Positions 61,990-64,000 of a DNA stretch of 64,000 bases are shown here, one piece after another. Source of the stretch: Puccinia triticina (Eukaryota). Position numbers and translations under genes: made by a program. The stretch covers positions 7,254,001 to 7,318,000 of the forward strand of contig CP110439.1 in NCBI GenBank assembly GCA_026914245.1, given 5' to 3'. Positions within the stretch are counted from its first letter, which is position 1, and every line of letters starts with the position of its first letter. The notes beneath the pieces are model-generated. The model did not search any database, was not told the DNA's origin, and was given only the letters and a program-made list of their open reading frames with translations.

Positions 61990-63104
61990 TACATTATTGT
62001 GTTAATTTACCAGTAATGGCCGTATGAAAGGGCCATTTTAGGGAAAAATTGGTCTTTCATTACAAATTCAATGACTTTTTACTTTGCCAGTGACGGCCAT
62101 ATGAAGAAAGGCCAGTTACAATAACCGTGAAGCGGCTATCCGCGCGCTAGCCTTAATGATAACCGTGAAAAAAATAACTGAAGGTTGCTACTTTACTCTG
62201 CAGGCCTGGTTATTGTAGAGTAAAGTAGTGACCCACAGGTGGCTCCGTGATATAAGTTGGAGAGACTTACAACATGATGGATCAACCATGATGTGCAAAA
62301 CATTCTGGAAGTGTGCATCAGAATAATCAGCAGCCAGTAAATCACCATTGATACATTAGGGGGGTTCACAATTGGATTCCACCAGCAACATTTGATCACC
62401 TCACCAGTAGAGATGCACACGCTGTGCAATTAAATTTTTAGCCTCACACCAGGAGGATTTTATGCTGGCTGAGCAATGGAAACATACTGGTGCCCATCAC
62501 ACCATGAACCCAGGCGGGTCAAGACCAGCCATCAATCTCACATGTATATATTTATCATACACCTCAACCAATTAAAGGCCAATTATTGGGTCAACCAACA
62601 CCCATACATGCACCCCACTCAATTACCAACCTGGTCATTGAGTGGAGTATTTATCCACTCAATGGCCGGATTGGGTCATCAAGTGGAGTAGTTTTCCACT
62701 TGATGACCGGGCTGGTCATTGAGTGGAGTGTGTATCCACTCAATGACCGGGTTGGTCATCAAGTGGGGTGTGTGCGTGTGTCCAATCACCGGTGTTGGGG
62801 AAGAGTTGAGTGTGTAATTGACCTGATGACCCGTGTTGACCAGCCATTGGATGGAGGTATGCATTCCAGGTGATGACTGGTATTGACCGGTCATTGGAAG
62901 GGGTGCCGGTTGGTACATTATGAGTCTAAAATTTTTCTGGTCCCTGTTGGATGACCAGCAAAGTTTTACCATTTCTGGTGGTAATTTTACGGCCCAAATG
63001 TGCATCAGCAAGCAACATTTTATGGGGCCACCAGCAACCAAAAATCCAATTGTGAACCCCCCTATTGTAAATCTACTTCCCCTCATAAACATGCTGAACC
63101 AGGG

Positions 63105-63617
63105 CAAGGGTGAAAGCGCTGCGCTTCAAAAAAGCACAGCGCAGCGGTTTTGGTGGCCGCTGCGCTGCGCTGAAAGTAGCGGCCCCGCCCGCTGCGCTAC
63201 CGCTTTTTGGGTCTGGCAAGAAGCAGGGACCCGCTACTTTCAGCGGTAGCGCAGCGGAACCATTGCTGCGCTACCGCCTTTTGAGCTGGTTGTGTAGCAG
63301 GTGAAAGAGGAGGATAAAGTATGGGAGAGAATTAAATGTGTTTCATATTTAATGTACTCCGCTGCCAGCCAAAAAAGCGCAGCGCAGCGCAAAGCACAAC
63401 TATTTTGGTGGCCGCTGCGCGGCGCTGAAAGGAGCGGCCCCGCCCGCTGCGCTAGCGTTTTTTGGGTCGGGTAAAAAGCGGGGCCCCGCTATTTTCAGCG
63501 GTAGCGCAGCGGGACTGGCGCTTCGTTGCCGCTTATTGGGCTGACCGCGCAGCGGTTCCCCGCTGCGCTGCGCTAAAAGAACACTTTTTTGTAGTGCAGC
63601 GCAGCGTTTCAGCCTTT
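63105..63617. mobile_element. GCGCT-rich MITE related to 5856-6842
   Basis: CAAGGGTGAAAGCGCTGCGC / GCGCAGCGTTTCAGCCTTT. Flanks ACCAGGG / CCCGGGG (5/7). Internal duplication (~63130-63280 vs ~63380-63540). Confidence 0.7.
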
Positions 63618-64000
63618 CCCGGGGTCTTGTTTGGTTGAAGGCATATACAAATTCATCAACTCAAAAGCTGATATGAAAACATAAAAAAACTACTCTACCC
63701 AGTACAAAATTGTTAAAGCTGCGCTGTAGCACAGCGAAGCGGTTAGCGCAGAGGTTTTTTGTGCTGCTGCGCTAAACGCTGGGTTTAGCGGCCAGACCGC
63801 TGCGCTAACTGCTTTTTATTTTCCCTAAGAAAATGATTTTAGCACGCTAAAAAAGGCGGTCACATAGCGCTGGACCGCTGCGCTTCAGCGGTGGCACAGC
63901 AGTTTGAAAAAGAAGAAGAAAAAGGGTTGAAATCATGTTAAAAGAGGTTTAAGATACAATAAACTTCCAATGTCTGCTCAATTAGCGGATAGCGCAGCAG

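Overview
Eukaryotic, intron-containing, transposon-dense fungal DNA. Gene and repeat content point to a rust fungus (Pucciniales, probably Puccinia); this is an inference. Four host genes lie in the right half: a 581-aa secreted candidate effector (36348-38093), a PalH/Rim21-type (Rra1-like) pH sensor (44882-46930), a multi-exon Cys-rich secreted protein (48332-49764) and an Ssk2-type MAPKKK (50509-55128). Most of the rest is a nest of transposons whose junctions can be read to the base. The main result is two related Tc1/IS630-like (DD34E) DNA transposons bounded by TIRs and TA duplications (7910-30966 and 38260-44687). Each carries, besides a two-intron transposase, the same pair of uncharacterised cargo genes ending in a SAM-like helical domain. 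The first copy sits in a copia integrase and is itself split by a 14.8-kb KDZ (Kyakuja/Dileera/Zisupton) element (10366-25125). That element has an 8-bp TSD and inverted 33-bp minisatellite arms, and carries a KDZ transposase remnant, a TET/JBP-like 2OG-Fe(II) dioxygenase and an HMG-box-like gene. Five MITEs share CA..TG-type ends and an unusual 7-bp target duplication. All domain calls are by-eye motif recognition, not database searches.
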